64,000 nt of DNA from Gaiellaceae bacterium (lineage in GTDB: Bacteria; Actinomycetota; Thermoleophilia; Gaiellales; Gaiellaceae): positions 4,001 through 68,000 of the forward strand of contig DATCBP010000023.1 of assembly GCA_036511815.1 (NCBI GenBank). Direction: 5' to 3'. Below the pieces are notes generated by a model. It saw nothing but the letters and a program-made list of their open reading frames with translations, was not told the DNA's origin and made no database searches. A program made the translations under genes and the position numbers. Shown here in pieces: positions 34,099 to 44,383 of the stretch (within the stretch, counting starts at the first letter, position 1; each line of letters starts with the position of its first letter).

Positions 34099-34733
34099 AG
34101 GCGCGTGGCCGCGACGAGCAGCGCCGGAAACGCGCCCGCGAGCGCGACCGTCGACACCGCGCGCGCCCACGTCCAGCCGTGCACGGCCCGCACGCCGGCG
34201 ACGAGCAGCCAGACGCTCCACGCGACGAACACGAGGTAGAGCGCGCCGAACACGGCGTCGCCGCGCCCGTAGTCGTCGCCGCCGGTGCGGAAGAGATCGG
34301 TGCCGTAGACGGCGATCCGCACCGGCCAGAGCGTCAGCAGCGAGAGCGCGAGCGGCGCGGCAGCCAGGCCGAGCACGTGGCGCGACCGCTGCCAGCTGCC
34401 GAGGCTCCCGAGCCTGCGTGACGCGCCGAACAAGAGCGCACCACCGAGCCAGTACAGCGCGAGCGCATAGACGGCGCCGCCGAGGAACGCCCACACCGGA
34501 ATCAGCACGACCGAGACGGAAGGGTCGTTGAGCAGATGCCGCGCCACCGGCGTCCCGAGCACGGCGGCGATGCCGGCCAGCCCGGCGAACGCGGAGATCG
34601 GCTCCTGCCGCGCCTCCACCGCATCGGGCGACTCGTCGCGCAGCGAGACGAAAACGGCGCGCGGCGCCACGAGCACGGCCGCCGCGCGGAGCCACCAGTT
34701 GCGCTCGACGGCCGGGAGGGCTTCGGCGGCCAT
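34095..34733 (-). CDS. Yip1-like polytopic membrane protein
   Basis: 212 aa, five hydrophobic segments. The family call is tentative. Confidence 0.5.
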   Translation of the reverse strand: MAAEALPAVERNWWLRAAAVLVAPRAVFVSLRDESPDAVEARQEPISAFAGLAGIAAVLGTPVARHLLNDPSVSVVLIPVWAFLGGAVYALALYWLGGALLFGASRRLGSLGSWQRSRHVLGLAAAPLALSLLTLWPVRIAVYGTDLFRTGGDDYGRGDAVFGALYLVFVAWSVWLLVAGVRAVHGWTWARAVSTVALAGAFPALLVAATRL

Positions 34734-34912
34734 AGCGGCAGCCTAGTTCCGACGAGAAGCGCTACGCGCCTCTCGCGGGAGATGTTCGGCTTCGCGGAGA
34801 GGGCTGACGCCGGGGCCGCTCGAGCCGTATCGCGCGCGGGGGTGGCTGCGCTCGCAGACACCCAGGGCCCACCGCAAGGCCAAGCGAAGCCGAAACATCC
34901 CCCGCCGGAGCT

Positions 34913-37753
34913 TCAGGCGGCGACGGCGGCCGCCGGAAGCACGGCGCGCAGGAACTGTCCGGTGAAGCTCTCCTCGACGTCGGCGACCTGCTCGGGGGTG
35001 CCGGCGGCGACGATCTCGCCTCCTGCTTCGCCGCCTTCGGGGCCGAGGTCGACGAGCCAGTCGGCCTGCTTGATCACGTCGAGGTTGTGCTCGATCACGA
35101 GCATCGTGTTGCCGCCGCCGACGAGTCGCTGGAGCGTCTCGAGCAGCTTCTCGATGTCGGCGAAATGGAGGCCGGTCGTCGGCTCGTCGAGGATGTAGAG
35201 CGTCTTGCCGGTCGCGACCTTCGACAGCTCCGCAGCGAGCTTGACGCGCTGTGCCTCGCCGCCCGACAGCGTCGTCGCCGGCTGCCCGAGCTTGATGTAG
35301 TCGAGACCTACGTCGTGCAGCGTCTGCAGCCGCCGGCGGATCTTCGGGATCTTCGCGAAGAACTGGAGCGCCTCCTCCACCGACATGTCGAGCACGTCCG
35401 AGATCGACTTGCCCTTGAAGCGAACCTCGAGGGTCTCGTGGTTGTAACGGGCGCCCTTGCACGTTTCGCACGGCACGTACACGTCGGGCAGGAAGTGCAT
35501 CTCGATCTTGATCTGCCCGTCGCCCTTGCACGTCTCGCAGCGGCCACCGCGCACGTTGAACGAGAAGCGACCGGGCTTGTAGCCGCGCACCTTCGCCTCG
35601 GGCGTGAGCGAGTACAGCTCGCGGATGTGCGTGAAGAGGTCGGTGTACGTCGCCGGGTTCGAGCGCGGTGTGCGGCCGATCGGCTTCTGGTCGATCTCGA
35701 TCACCTTGTCGAACACGTCGATGCCCTCGACGGCTTCGTGCGCGCCCGGCTTGACGCGCGCCCGGTTCAACCGGTTTGCGAGCGCCTTGTAGACGATCTC
35801 GTTCACGAGCGTCGACTTCCCCGAGCCGGAGACGCCGGTCACGCAGATGAACTTGCCGACCGGGAACTCGACGTCGATCCCCTTGAGGTTGTGCTGCGAC
35901 GCGCCGCGCACGAGGAACGACCCGCGATCCTCGGTTCTGCGCTCCGGGATCGCGATCGCGCGCGTGTGCGAGAGGAACTGCCCGGTGACCGACTTGCGGT
36001 TGCGCGCGACCTTCGCCGCCGGCCCCTCGGCGACGACCTCGCCGCCGTGCAGCCCGGCGCCGGGGCCCATGTCGACGAGCCAATCCGAGCGGCGCATCAT
36101 CTCCTCGTCGTGCTCGACGACGACGACCGTGTTGCCGAGGTCGCGAAGCCTCTGCAGCGTCGCGATCAGGCGCGCGTTGTCGCGCTGGTGCAGGCCGATC
36201 GACGGCTCGTCGAGGATGTAGAGCACGCCGACGAGCTGCGAGCCGATCTGCGTCGCGAGGCGCAGGCGCTGGGCCTCGCCGCCGGAGAGGGTCGCCGCCG
36301 CGCGGTCGAGCGTCAGGTAGCCGACGCCGACGTCGTCGAGGAACGTCAGCCGCTCGCGGATCTCCTTCACGATCCGGTGCCCGATCAGCTGCTCCGTCTT
36401 CGTCAGCGCAAGCTCGTCAATGAAGCGCAGCGCGCGCGTGACGGACATCTGCGTGAACTGGTTGATCGAGTTGTCGCCGACCGTGACCGCGAGCACCTCG
36501 GGCTTGAGCCGCGTTCCCTTGCAGGCCGGGCACGGACGGAACGACATGTACTCCTCGATCCGCTCGCGCTGCTGCGACGAGTCGGTCTCCTTGTAGCGGC
36601 GCTGGAGGCTCGAGACGATCCCGTCGAAGGCGAGCATGTACTGGCGCCGCCGGCCCATCCGGTTGCGGTACTGGACGTACACACGCTCGCCGTCGGTGCC
36701 GTAGAGGAACCGCTTCTGCTCCTCGTCGCTCAGCTCCTGCCACGGCTTCGAGGTATCGATCTCGTAGCGGTCTGCGATCGCCTGGATCACGGCCTCGTAG
36801 AAGCCGGACGAGCCGCCGACCGACCACGGCACGAGCGCGCCGTCATCGATCGAGAGCGCCGGATCGGGAACGAGCAGATCCGGGTCGATCTCCTGCTGCG
36901 AGCCGAGGCCGGTGCAGCGCGGGCAGGCGCCGTGCGGCGAGTTGAACGAGAAGATGCGCGGCTGGAGCTCGGGCAGCGAGACGCCGTGGTCGGGGCAGGC
37001 GAAGTTCTGCGAGAACAGGAGCGACTCGCCGTCGACGACGTCGATGCCGATCAGGCCCTCCCCGAGCCCGCCCGCCGTCTCGACCGACTGCGTGAGCCGG
37101 AGGCGCAGGTCGCCTTTCATCACGAGCCGGTCGACGACCACCTCGATCGTGTGCTTGAACTTCTTGTCGAGCTCCGGCACGCCGTCTTCGAGCACGTACT
37201 GCTCGCCATCGACCTTCACGCGCGTGAAGCCCTCGCGCGTCAGCTCCTCGAAGACGTCCTTGAACTCGCCCTTGCGGTCGCGCACGACCGGCGCGTTGAC
37301 GGTGAAGCGCGTGCCATCCTCGAGCCGGAGCACCTGGTCGACGATCGCGTCGAGCGACTGCCCGGCGATCGGCTTGCCGCAGATCGAGCAGTGCGGACGC
37401 CCGACGCGCGCGTAGAGCAGGCGGAGGTAGTCGTAGATCTCGGTGACGGTGCCGACGGTCGAGCGCGGGTTTCGCGACGTCGTCTTCTGGTCGATCGAGA
37501 TCGCGGGGCTGAGGCCGTCGATGTGATCGACGTCCGGCTTCTCCATCATCTGGAGGAACTGGCGCGCGTACGCGGAGAGCGACTCGACGTAACGCCGCTG
37601 CCCTTCGGCGTAGATCGTGTCGAAGGCAAGGCTCGACTTGCCGGAGCCCGAGAGCCCGGTGATGCAGATCAGGCGGTTCCGCGGCAGCCGGACGGTGATG
37701 TCCTTCAGGTTGTGCTCGCGGGCGCCGTGGACGACCAGCTCTTCGGCAGCCAT
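34913..37753 (-). CDS. uvrA: excinuclease ABC subunit A
   Basis: Start moved to the ATG at 37753 ([17 protein letters not shown]). Two ABC modules ([14 protein letters not shown]; [10 protein letters not shown]), zinc-finger cysteines. 946 aa. Confidence 0.97.
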   Translation of the reverse strand: MAAEELVVHGAREHNLKDITVRLPRNRLICITGLSGSGKSSLAFDTIYAEGQRRYVESLSAYARQFLQMMEKPDVDHIDGLSPAISIDQKTTSRNPRSTVGTVTEIYDYLRLLYARVGRPHCSICGKPIAGQSLDAIVDQVLRLEDGTRFTVNAPVVRDRKGEFKDVFEELTREGFTRVKVDGEQYVLEDGVPELDKKFKHTIEVVVDRLVMKGDLRLRLTQSVETAGGLGEGLIGIDVVDGESLLFSQNFACPDHGVSLPELQPRIFSFNSPHGACPRCTGLGSQQEIDPDLLVPDPALSIDDGALVPWSVGGSSGFYEAVIQAIADRYEIDTSKPWQELSDEEQKRFLYGTDGERVYVQYRNRMGRRRQYMLAFDGIVSSLQRRYKETDSSQQRERIEEYMSFRPCPACKGTRLKPEVLAVTVGDNSINQFTQMSVTRALRFIDELALTKTEQLIGHRIVKEIRERLTFLDDVGVGYLTLDRAAATLSGGEAQRLRLATQIGSQLVGVLYILDEPSIGLHQRDNARLIATLQRLRDLGNTVVVVEHDEEMMRRSDWLVDMGPGAGLHGGEVVAEGPAAKVARNRKSVTGQFLSHTRAIAIPERRTEDRGSFLVRGASQHNLKGIDVEFPVGKFICVTGVSGSGKSTLVNEIVYKALANRLNRARVKPGAHEAVEGIDVFDKVIEIDQKPIGRTPRSNPATYTDLFTHIRELYSLTPEAKVRGYKPGRFSFNVRGGRCETCKGDGQIKIEMHFLPDVYVPCETCKGARYNHETLEVRFKGKSISDVLDMSVEEALQFFAKIPKIRRRLQTLHDVGLDYIKLGQPATTLSGGEAQRVKLAAELSKVATGKTLYILDEPTTGLHFADIEKLLETLQRLVGGGNTMLVIEHNLDVIKQADWLVDLGPEGGEAGGEIVAAGTPEQVADVEESFTGQFLRAVLPAAAVAA

Positions 37754-37762
37754 TTCGCGGCC

Positions 37763-37791
37763 ATTGTATCCGCCGAACGTATGTTCGTCTA
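37763..37791 (-). promoter_or_regulatory. uvrA promoter with an embedded LexA SOS (Cheo-type) box
   Basis: Minus strand: TAGACG (-35-like, 37786-37791), a 17-nt spacer, then TACAAT (-10, 37763-37768), 9 nt before the ATG. The perfect palindrome CGAAC-ATAC-GTTCG occupies 37774-37787. Confidence 0.6.
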
Positions 37792-37836
37792 GTGCCTCTC
37801 CAGTGACGCGGTCTCGCTTCTGAGGCGCGGGGGCAC

Positions 37837-38103
37837 TTAGGGTTTCTTGCGCGGCGGCCGGTGCGGCAGCAGGCTCCAGGCGGCGGTGTTCCGCTTCGAC
37901 GGCACGAGGTCGCGCCAGTCCTTGACGACGAGCCACGATCCGAACGCCATCACGGCGTCCGTGCGTCGCGTCACCCCCCACGTCTCGGCGAGGCCGCCGG
38001 CGAGCAGGACGCCCAACACCATGAACCCGAGCGCGAACTCGTGGATGCGGAGGCCGAGCACGTATACGCGCGGGCCGAGCGGGTGTCGTTCGAGACGCAG
38101 CAC
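37837..38103 (-). CDS. hypothetical small membrane protein
   Basis: 88 aa, one clear TM segment ([16 protein letters not shown]), good GC3 bias. Confidence 0.5.
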   Translation of the reverse strand: MLRLERHPLGPRVYVLGLRIHEFALGFMVLGVLLAGGLAETWGVTRRTDAVMAFGSWLVVKDWRDLVPSKRNTAAWSLLPHRPPRKKP

Positions 38104-38154
38104 TGTACGAACCTAATCGGCATTTCTGAGCAATCCGTGAGAGACGCGTGCGCT

Positions 38155-38583
38155 CTACGAGACGAGGAGGCGCTCGACGAGCCCGAAAACCTGGCGCGGC
38201 TCGGCGACGCAGGGGATCTCCAGCTCGCCGGCGACGATCGTACCGTAGTCGAATACCCGGCCGAGCAGGGGCTGCTCGAGCTCGACCGCGCCCAGCCGCG
38301 CGAGATGCACTGCCGCGGCGCGCTTGTGCATCACGCCATGCACGACGAAGAGCTTCTCCGTGGTGATCACCACGTGCGTCCGGTCCCAGCGCCAGACCGC
38401 GGCGACGGCGAGGATCGCGGCGACCACGAGCAGCAGCCCGCCCGCCGCGGAGACCGGCCAGCCGACAACGAGCGCGGCGCAGCCGAGCCCCGCGAGGACG
38501 AGCGCCCGCAGCAGCGGCCGGACGAGCACGATGCCGTGCCGGCGCGCATCGAGGTACACCCGTTCTTGCGGTCGCTCAAGCAT
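38155..38583 (-). CDS. bacterial PH (bPH_2/YdbT-like) domain membrane protein
   Basis: 142 aa, two N-terminal TM segments, then [14 protein letters not shown]...GTIV, typical of bPH_2. Confidence 0.6.
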   Translation of the reverse strand: MLERPQERVYLDARRHGIVLVRPLLRALVLAGLGCAALVVGWPVSAAGGLLLVVAAILAVAAVWRWDRTHVVITTEKLFVVHGVMHKRAAAVHLARLGAVELEQPLLGRVFDYGTIVAGELEIPCVAEPRQVFGLVERLLVS

Positions 38584-38629
38584 GGACCAGCCCAGTTCGA
38601 CGCCGGAACGGGAAACCCTAGGCCCGGGT

Positions 38630-38869
38630 TCAGGCCTTGCGGCGGCGCGCGAAGACGAGACCGCCGAGGGTGAAGCCCAACCCGAACGTGCCGACGGCGA
38701 AACCGCCGATCGCGAGCGCCTTACGCCAGCTGGACAGGCGCTGCCAGCGGCCGAGCGCCTCCTCCTCCTCGCTCGTCAGCTGCTCGCCGCGACGCTGCTT
38801 GCGCAACGCGCCGCCGGCCCGGAGGCCGAGGTACACGTCGTCGAAGATCTCGGCGGACTCGTCGGCCAT
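38630..38869 (-). CDS. hypothetical tail-anchored small protein
   Basis: Start moved to the ATG at 38869. 79 aa, acidic N-terminus, C-terminal TM segment ALAIGGFAVGTFGLGFTLGGLVF. Confidence 0.5.
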   Translation of the reverse strand: MADESAEIFDDVYLGLRAGGALRKQRRGEQLTSEEEEALGRWQRLSSWRKALAIGGFAVGTFGLGFTLGGLVFARRRKA

Positions 38870-38895
38870 ACCTGAATCTATAGCCTCATTCGCTC

Positions 38896-39705
38896 GTGAG
38901 CGCACGCATCCTCCACATTTCGGACCTGCATACCGGTATACGGGAGCATCCGGACGTCGAGGCGGCCACGGCGGCGCTCGTCGAGCGCATGGAGCCCGAA
39001 CTCGTCGTGGCATCCGGCGATCTGAGCCATCGCGGCCGCCGGGCCCAGCTCGAGCGCGCGCACGCATTCCTGGACTCGCTCGGCCCGCCGGTGCTGGCCG
39101 TGCCGGGCAATCACGACATCCCCCACTCCTTCCCGGCCCGCTTGTCGAGCCCCTGGGCCGAGTTCGAGCGGCTCTGGGAGACAACGGAGCCGACGTACGC
39201 GTCCGCGAGCCTCCAGGTGATCGGGCTCAACTCCGCCAGGCCGTACCGGCACCAGAGCGGACGGCTGCGAGACGACCAGCTCCGCGGTGCCGCCGAGCGC
39301 CTCGCCGAGGCTGGCGAGGGCGCCTATCGCGTCGTCGTCCTCCACCACCACCTGCTCGGCGCCCCGTGGCGCGCGGCGCGCAAGCACCCGGTCGCCCACC
39401 GGGACCGCGTACTGCGCGAGCTCGCCGGCGCCGGCGCGGAGCTGATCGTCTCGGGGCATATCCACCAGTCGGCGGTGAGCGAGCGGCGCGAGTTCGAGGT
39501 CGTCGGCCGCGAGGCGCTGACGACCGTCCTCACGGTGGCGCCCGGCTTCGGGCAGCCGCGGCCGAACCGGCTCGGCGAGGCGCGCGGCCTGCACGTCTAC
39601 GAGATCGAGACCGAGACGGTGACGGTGCTGACGCACATCTGGCAGGGCGCCGACTGGGGCCTCGAGGCGCGCCGGACGTTCGCCCGCGGCCCCGCGCCTT
39701 TGTAA
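38896..39705 (+). CDS. metallophosphoesterase
   Basis: 269 aa, HISDLH, GDLSHRG, GNHD and GHIH motifs. Confidence 0.8.
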   Translation: MSARILHISDLHTGIREHPDVEAATAALVERMEPELVVASGDLSHRGRRAQLERAHAFLDSLGPPVLAVPGNHDIPHSFPARLSSPWAEFERLWETTEPTYASASLQVIGLNSARPYRHQSGRLRDDQLRGAAERLAEAGEGAYRVVVLHHHLLGAPWRAARKHPVAHRDRVLRELAGAGAELIVSGHIHQSAVSERREFEVVGREALTTVLTVAPGFGQPRPNRLGEARGLHVYEIETETVTVLTHIWQGADWGLEARRTFARGPAPL

Positions 39706-39837
39706 GTCACACACCGCACTTCTTAGGACCTGCTCCGGGAGAGTCCGAGGAAGGGGGAGGCATGCATGGCAAGGGTGGGGACGGTCACTGCCGTCGCGAT
39801 CGGGGCGCTCGCTTTTGCAGCACGGTGCATTAGCGCG

Positions 39838-40122
39838 TCATTGCGGCGGCTGCCGGCGGGCCCCCGGACCTGTCAGCGGCCGGCGCTGCACGAAACGGCG
39901 GTATAGGTAGAGCAGCAGCACCGCGCCAAGGACGGAGAAGACGAGCCCGCCGGCGCGTCCGATCAGGATCTCGGACACGACGCCCCCGAGGAGCGAGCCC
40001 GTCAGGCCGAGGGCGAAGGTCGCGAGCAGGCTCATCGGGTCGGGGCCGGGCAACGCGAACCGCGCGAGCCCGCCGGCGGCCAGCCCCCAGATCACGAGCG
40101 CGAGGATGTACCAGAGCACCAT
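39838..40122 (-). CDS. GlsB/YeaQ/YmgE-family stress membrane protein
   Basis: Start moved to the ATG at 40122. 94 aa, ARFALPGPDPMS motif, three TM segments. Confidence 0.75.
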   Translation of the reverse strand: MVLWYILALVIWGLAAGGLARFALPGPDPMSLLATFALGLTGSLLGGVVSEILIGRAGGLVFSVLGAVLLLYLYRRFVQRRPLTGPGARRQPPQ

Positions 40123-40136
40123 GGCCTCTCCCCTTC

Positions 40137-40709
40137 CTAGGAGCGCAGCTTCTCGAGCAGGCGCGTGCGCGCGGCGCTGTACTCCTCGTCGTCGAGCACG
40201 CCGGAGTCGTGGAGTTCCTCGAGCAGGCCGAGGTAGTGCGCCGGGTTCTCGGTCGGATCGCCGGCCGCGCCGTGCGGCGGAGACTGCTCCGCGGCGTCCG
40301 GCTTTGTCGCGGCCGGCTGCCCGAACGGGCCGGCGAGCGGCGCGAGCTTGTCGGGATCGATGCCCGCGTTCTGGAGCCGCTTGCGATACTGGTCGATCCC
40401 GAAGCCGCGCTCGGGGAACCTGTACGCGCCCCGGCCGACGATCGGCCGGCGCTGGATGAAGCGGCGGTAGCCGATCACGAGCGCGATCGCCGCGACGAAG
40501 CCGACGGTGCTGATGCCGTACGCGCTCCGCCAGCCGGCGGCGTAGGCGATGCCGCCGCCGCCGAGCGATCCTGCGAGCCCGATCGCGATCGTCAGCCAGA
40601 TCGGCATCGGGTCGGGGCCCGGCACGGCCAGGCGCGCGAGCGCGCCCGTGACGAACGCGGAGAGCAGCACGCCGACGACGGTGCCGACGCCCACCGAGGC
40701 GACGACCAT
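40137..40709 (-). CDS. GlsB/YeaQ-family membrane domain fused to a C-terminal SHOCT-like domain
   Basis: 190 aa, ARLAVPGPDPMP motif. The tail YLGLLEELHDSGVLDDEEYSAARTRLLEKL is SHOCT-like. The ATG overlaps the uvrB stop (TGATG). Confidence 0.7.
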   Translation of the reverse strand: MVVASVGVGTVVGVLLSAFVTGALARLAVPGPDPMPIWLTIAIGLAGSLGGGGIAYAAGWRSAYGISTVGFVAAIALVIGYRRFIQRRPIVGRGAYRFPERGFGIDQYRKRLQNAGIDPDKLAPLAGPFGQPAATKPDAAEQSPPHGAAGDPTENPAHYLGLLEELHDSGVLDDEEYSAARTRLLEKLRS

Positions 40710-42715
40710 CAGGCGCGAGCCTCCTCGAAGGCGAGGAGCTCACGGCGCAGGTCCTTGATCTCGTCGCGGAGCTTCGCCGCATATTCGAAGCGCAGCTCCT
40801 CCGCCGCGGCGAGCATCTCCTCCTCGAGGGTGACCGCGAGCTTCTCGAGCTCGGCGCGGTCCAACCCCTCGATCTTCGCGGCGCCGCGGCGCCGGCGCAT
40901 CGGCATGTGCGGGGAGTCGAGCGAGAGCAGCTCGGAGATGTCGCTGACGCTCTTCGTGATCGAGGTCGGCGTGATTCCATGCTCCTCGTTGTACGCGACC
41001 TGGATCGACCGTCGCCGGTCCGTCTCCTCGACGGCCTGCTTGATCGCCTCGGTCTGCTTGTCCGCGTACATGAGCACCTTGCCGTTGATATTGCGCGCGG
41101 CCCGGCCGATCGTCTGGATCAGCGACGTGCGCCCGCGCAGGAAGCCCTCCTTGTCCGCGTCGAGAATCGCGACGAGCGAGACCTCGGGCAGATCGAGGCC
41201 CTCGCGCAGGAGATTCACGCCGACGAGCACGTCGTACTCGCCGAGGCGCAGCTCGCGCACGATCTGGATCCGCTCGAGCGTGTCGATCTCGGAGTGGAGA
41301 TAGCGCGCCTTCACGCCCGACTCGAGCAGGTAGTCCGTCAGATCCTCGGCCATCTTCTTCGTCAGCGTCGTGACGAGCGTCCTCTCCCCCGCCGCCTCCC
41401 GCTGCCGGATCTCACCGAGCAGGTTGTCGATCTGGTTCAGCGTCGGGCGCAACTCGACGTCGGGGTCGACGACGCCCGTCGGCCGGATCAACTGCTCGGC
41501 GGAGCGCGTCGCGTGGCGCAGCTCGAACGGGCCGGGCGTCGCCGAGACGAACACGAGCTGCGGCACCTTCGCGAGGAACTCGTCGAACCGGAGCGGCCGG
41601 TTGTCGAGCGCCGACGGGAGCCGGAAGCCGAAGTCCACGAGCGTCTGCTTGCGCGAGCGGTCGCCCTCGTACATGCCGCCGATCTGCGGCACGGTCTGGT
41701 GCGACTCGTCGACGAAGACGACGAAGTCCGACGGGAAGTAGTCGAGCAGCGTGTGCGGCGCGGAGCCCGGCGGCCGCCCGTCGAGGATGCGCGAGTAGTT
41801 CTCGATCCCGTTGCAGAAGCCGAGCTCCCGCATCATCTCGAGGTCGTACTCCGTGCGCTGGCGGATCCGGTGCGCCTCGAGCAGCTTCCCTTCCGCCTCG
41901 AACTTCGTGACCTGCTCGCGCAGCTCACGCTTGATCTCGCCGACCGCGCGCTCGATCGTCGGCTTCGAAGTGACGTACTGCGTCGCGGGGAACACCGTGA
42001 TCGTGTCGTACTTCGACAGCACCTCTCCCGTCAGCGGGTCGAAGTGCGTGATCTGCTCGACCATGTCGCCGAAGAAGGAGATCCGGTACGCCGTCTCCTC
42101 GTGCGCCGGCTGCACCTCGACGACGTCGCCTTTCACCCGGAAGCGACCGCGCCCGAGCAGCGTGTCGTTGCGGACGTACTGGATGTCGATCAGCTTGCGG
42201 AGCATCAGGTCGCGATCGTGCTCCTCGCCGACCGTCAGGAAGACGACGCGATCCTTGTACTCCTCGGGCGAGCCGAGGCCGTAGATGCACGACACGGAAG
42301 CGACGATGATCACGTCGCGGCGGCTGAGCAGGTTCGAGGTGGCCGAGTGGCGCAGCCGGTCGATGTCGTCGTTCCGCGACGAGTCTTTCTCGATGTAGAG
42401 ATCGGCCTGCGGGACGTACGCCTCCGGCTGGTAGTAGTCGTAATACGAGACGAAGTAGTCGACCGCGTTGCTCGGGAAGAACTCGCGGAACTCGTTGCAG
42501 AGCTGCGCAGCCAGCGTCTTGTTGTGCGCGATCACGAGCGCGGGGCGGCCGATCTTCTCGATCGTCCACGCCATCGTCGCCGTCTTCCCGGTGCCCGTGG
42601 CGCCGATCAGCGTCTGGTAGCGGTCGCCGGCCTGCAATCCCTCGGCCAGGGTCTCGATCGCTCGCGGCTGGTCGCCGGTCGGCCGATACTCGACATCTGT
42701 CTTCAGTTCGGGCAC
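40709..42715 (-). CDS. uvrB: excinuclease ABC subunit B
   Basis: 668 aa, GATGTGKT Walker A, DESH helicase motif, C-terminal UVR domain ([22 protein letters not shown]). Confidence 0.97.
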   Translation of the reverse strand: MPELKTDVEYRPTGDQPRAIETLAEGLQAGDRYQTLIGATGTGKTATMAWTIEKIGRPALVIAHNKTLAAQLCNEFREFFPSNAVDYFVSYYDYYQPEAYVPQADLYIEKDSSRNDDIDRLRHSATSNLLSRRDVIIVASVSCIYGLGSPEEYKDRVVFLTVGEEHDRDLMLRKLIDIQYVRNDTLLGRGRFRVKGDVVEVQPAHEETAYRISFFGDMVEQITHFDPLTGEVLSKYDTITVFPATQYVTSKPTIERAVGEIKRELREQVTKFEAEGKLLEAHRIRQRTEYDLEMMRELGFCNGIENYSRILDGRPPGSAPHTLLDYFPSDFVVFVDESHQTVPQIGGMYEGDRSRKQTLVDFGFRLPSALDNRPLRFDEFLAKVPQLVFVSATPGPFELRHATRSAEQLIRPTGVVDPDVELRPTLNQIDNLLGEIRQREAAGERTLVTTLTKKMAEDLTDYLLESGVKARYLHSEIDTLERIQIVRELRLGEYDVLVGVNLLREGLDLPEVSLVAILDADKEGFLRGRTSLIQTIGRAARNINGKVLMYADKQTEAIKQAVEETDRRRSIQVAYNEEHGITPTSITKSVSDISELLSLDSPHMPMRRRRGAAKIEGLDRAELEKLAVTLEEEMLAAAEELRFEYAAKLRDEIKDLRRELLAFEEARA

Positions 42716-42804
42716 GGGGACAAGGGTATCGTCCGGCCCCCCGGGTCTACGCAGGATTCGACGCCCACACGCCTAAAGGCGCTCTTCGATCACGCCTCAT
42801 CCCG

Positions 42805-43842
42805 ATGCGACATCTCCTCCGTCTCACGACGCTCCTGCTTGTCGCCCTCGTGCTCCCGGCGGCAGCCTCGGCGTACCCGTGGCCGTTCAAGCCGTTCCAC
42901 GAGCAGCACCCGATCCGGGGCTTCTTCGGCGACCCGCGCACCGTCTACCAGGACGGCCTCGTCGAGAACGCGCTCGGGGGGCCCGGCTTCTTCTCGTTCC
43001 ACCAGGGCGTGGACATCGCCGCCCCGGACGGGACGCCGATCTACGCGGTCGCGAGCGGGACCGCGCACTACCTCGGCGCCGCGACGCTCTTCGTCAACAC
43101 CGGCCATCGCGTGACCTTCCAGTACTTCCACATCGTCCCCGTGGTCGGGGAAGGCCAGCACGTGACGGTCAGCCGGACGGTGCTCGGCTACGTCCAGGCG
43201 CCGTACGGGCACGTGCACATCACCGAGATCGACGGTATCCGCGTCGTCAACCCGCTGCTGCCGGGCCACCTGACGCCGTATCGCGACACGACGAAGCCGA
43301 CCGTGCGCGCGATCACGGTCGAGGACCGGCTCGGCGTCGTGCAGGGTCCGCTCTGCGGCCGGGTCGAAATCGACGCGAACGCGTACGACACGCCGCCGGT
43401 GCCGGTGCCGGGGCCGTTCCACGGGCTCCCGGTCGCGCCTGCGTTCGTCGCCTGGACGCTCGCCCGCAGGGGCCACGGCGTGATCCTCCGGCGCACGATC
43501 GCCGACTTCCTCGTCGGCCTCCCGCCCAACGGCAAGTTCTGGTCCGTCTACGCGAAGGGTACGTACGAGAACTCTCCCCGCTTCGGAAGCGAGCAATACC
43601 GCTCGATGCCGGGCCGCTACCTGTTCCTGCTCGCCCGGAGCCTCGACACTGCAACGCTCCCGAACGGCGAATATGCGATTACGGTGCGTGCGCGAGACGT
43701 CCGTGGCAACACCGCATCGACAACCCGGGACGTCTCGATCCTCAACGACCCCGGCGTCGTCTGCGCGGGCTCGCTGCCGGCCGCTTCGAGCGCCCCCGCG
43801 CCGCCGCCGCCGCGCGACGACGCGCTCGCGCCGCAGCCCTAG
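42805..43842 (+). CDS. secreted M23/LytM-family peptidase-like protein
   Basis: 345 aa, signal peptide LLLVALVLPAAASA, HQGVDIAAPDGTPIYAVASGTA and HVH motifs. Confidence 0.75.
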   Translation: MRHLLRLTTLLLVALVLPAAASAYPWPFKPFHEQHPIRGFFGDPRTVYQDGLVENALGGPGFFSFHQGVDIAAPDGTPIYAVASGTAHYLGAATLFVNTGHRVTFQYFHIVPVVGEGQHVTVSRTVLGYVQAPYGHVHITEIDGIRVVNPLLPGHLTPYRDTTKPTVRAITVEDRLGVVQGPLCGRVEIDANAYDTPPVPVPGPFHGLPVAPAFVAWTLARRGHGVILRRTIADFLVGLPPNGKFWSVYAKGTYENSPRFGSEQYRSMPGRYLFLLARSLDTATLPNGEYAITVRARDVRGNTASTTRDVSILNDPGVVCAGSLPAASSAPAPPPPRDDALAPQP

Positions 43843-44363
43843 CCGAGGCCGAGCGCCGACTTGTACGCGCGCCGGTAGATGCCCTTGAGCATCTCGACGC
43901 GGGCGACGTAGGCGCGCGTCTCCGGGAACTGCACGCTCTCGCCCTCGCTCTTCCAGCGGTCGACGTTCTCCTGGCCGGCGTTGTACGCCGCGAGCGCGGT
44001 GCGCTCGTCGCCGTACTTGTCGAGCAGGTGCCGCAGATACCAGGCGCCGTAGCGGACGTTGATCTCCGGGTTGTAGAGGTCGGAGATGACGAACTTCGAG
44101 CCGCCGGTGCGGATCGCGATGCCCTTCGCGGTCGCGGGCTGGAGCTGCATCAGGCCCAGCGCGCCGGTACTCGAGCGCGCGTCCTTGTTGAACTTGCTCT
44201 CCTGCTCGATCACCGCTGCGAGCAACGCGGGGTTGAGGTGGTAGTTCGCCGCATGGCCGCGCACGATCTGCGCGTACCGCAGCGGATACCAGAGCCGCGC
44301 CCACCACGGCGGCTCGGTGCCCTGGAGGTACGCGAGCGCGCCGCCGGCGACCGCGAAGATCAC
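43839..44363 (-). CDS. lytic transglycosylase (SLT domain); start uncertain
   Basis: AVIEQESKFN catalytic Glu motif, GLMQLQP, AYNAG. The first canonical start is the GTG at 44363. A CTG at 44387 would restore a full RR + hydrophobic signal anchor. Confidence 0.75.
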   Translation of the reverse strand: MIFAVAGGALAYLQGTEPPWWARLWYPLRYAQIVRGHAANYHLNPALLAAVIEQESKFNKDARSSTGALGLMQLQPATAKGIAIRTGGSKFVISDLYNPEINVRYGAWYLRHLLDKYGDERTALAAYNAGQENVDRWKSEGESVQFPETRAYVARVEMLKGIYRRAYKSALGLG

Positions 44364-44383
44364 GATCGGGAGGATCAGCCGCC

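Noticed and set aside
39741-39906. Strong purine-rich GAGGAAGGGGGAGG followed by ATGCATGG and two short ORFs (23 aa and 46 aa) between convergent genes; also G-runs suggestive of a G-quadruplex
   Set aside because: The 46-aa frame would overlap the convergent GlsB gene by about 70 nt, and the 23-aa frame has poor composition. There are only three G-runs of 3 or more, so it is not a canonical G4. Left unassigned.
42716-42804. SOS box upstream of uvrB
   Set aside because: No CGAAC-N4-GTTCG or close variant is present in the divergent uvrB/M23 intergenic region.
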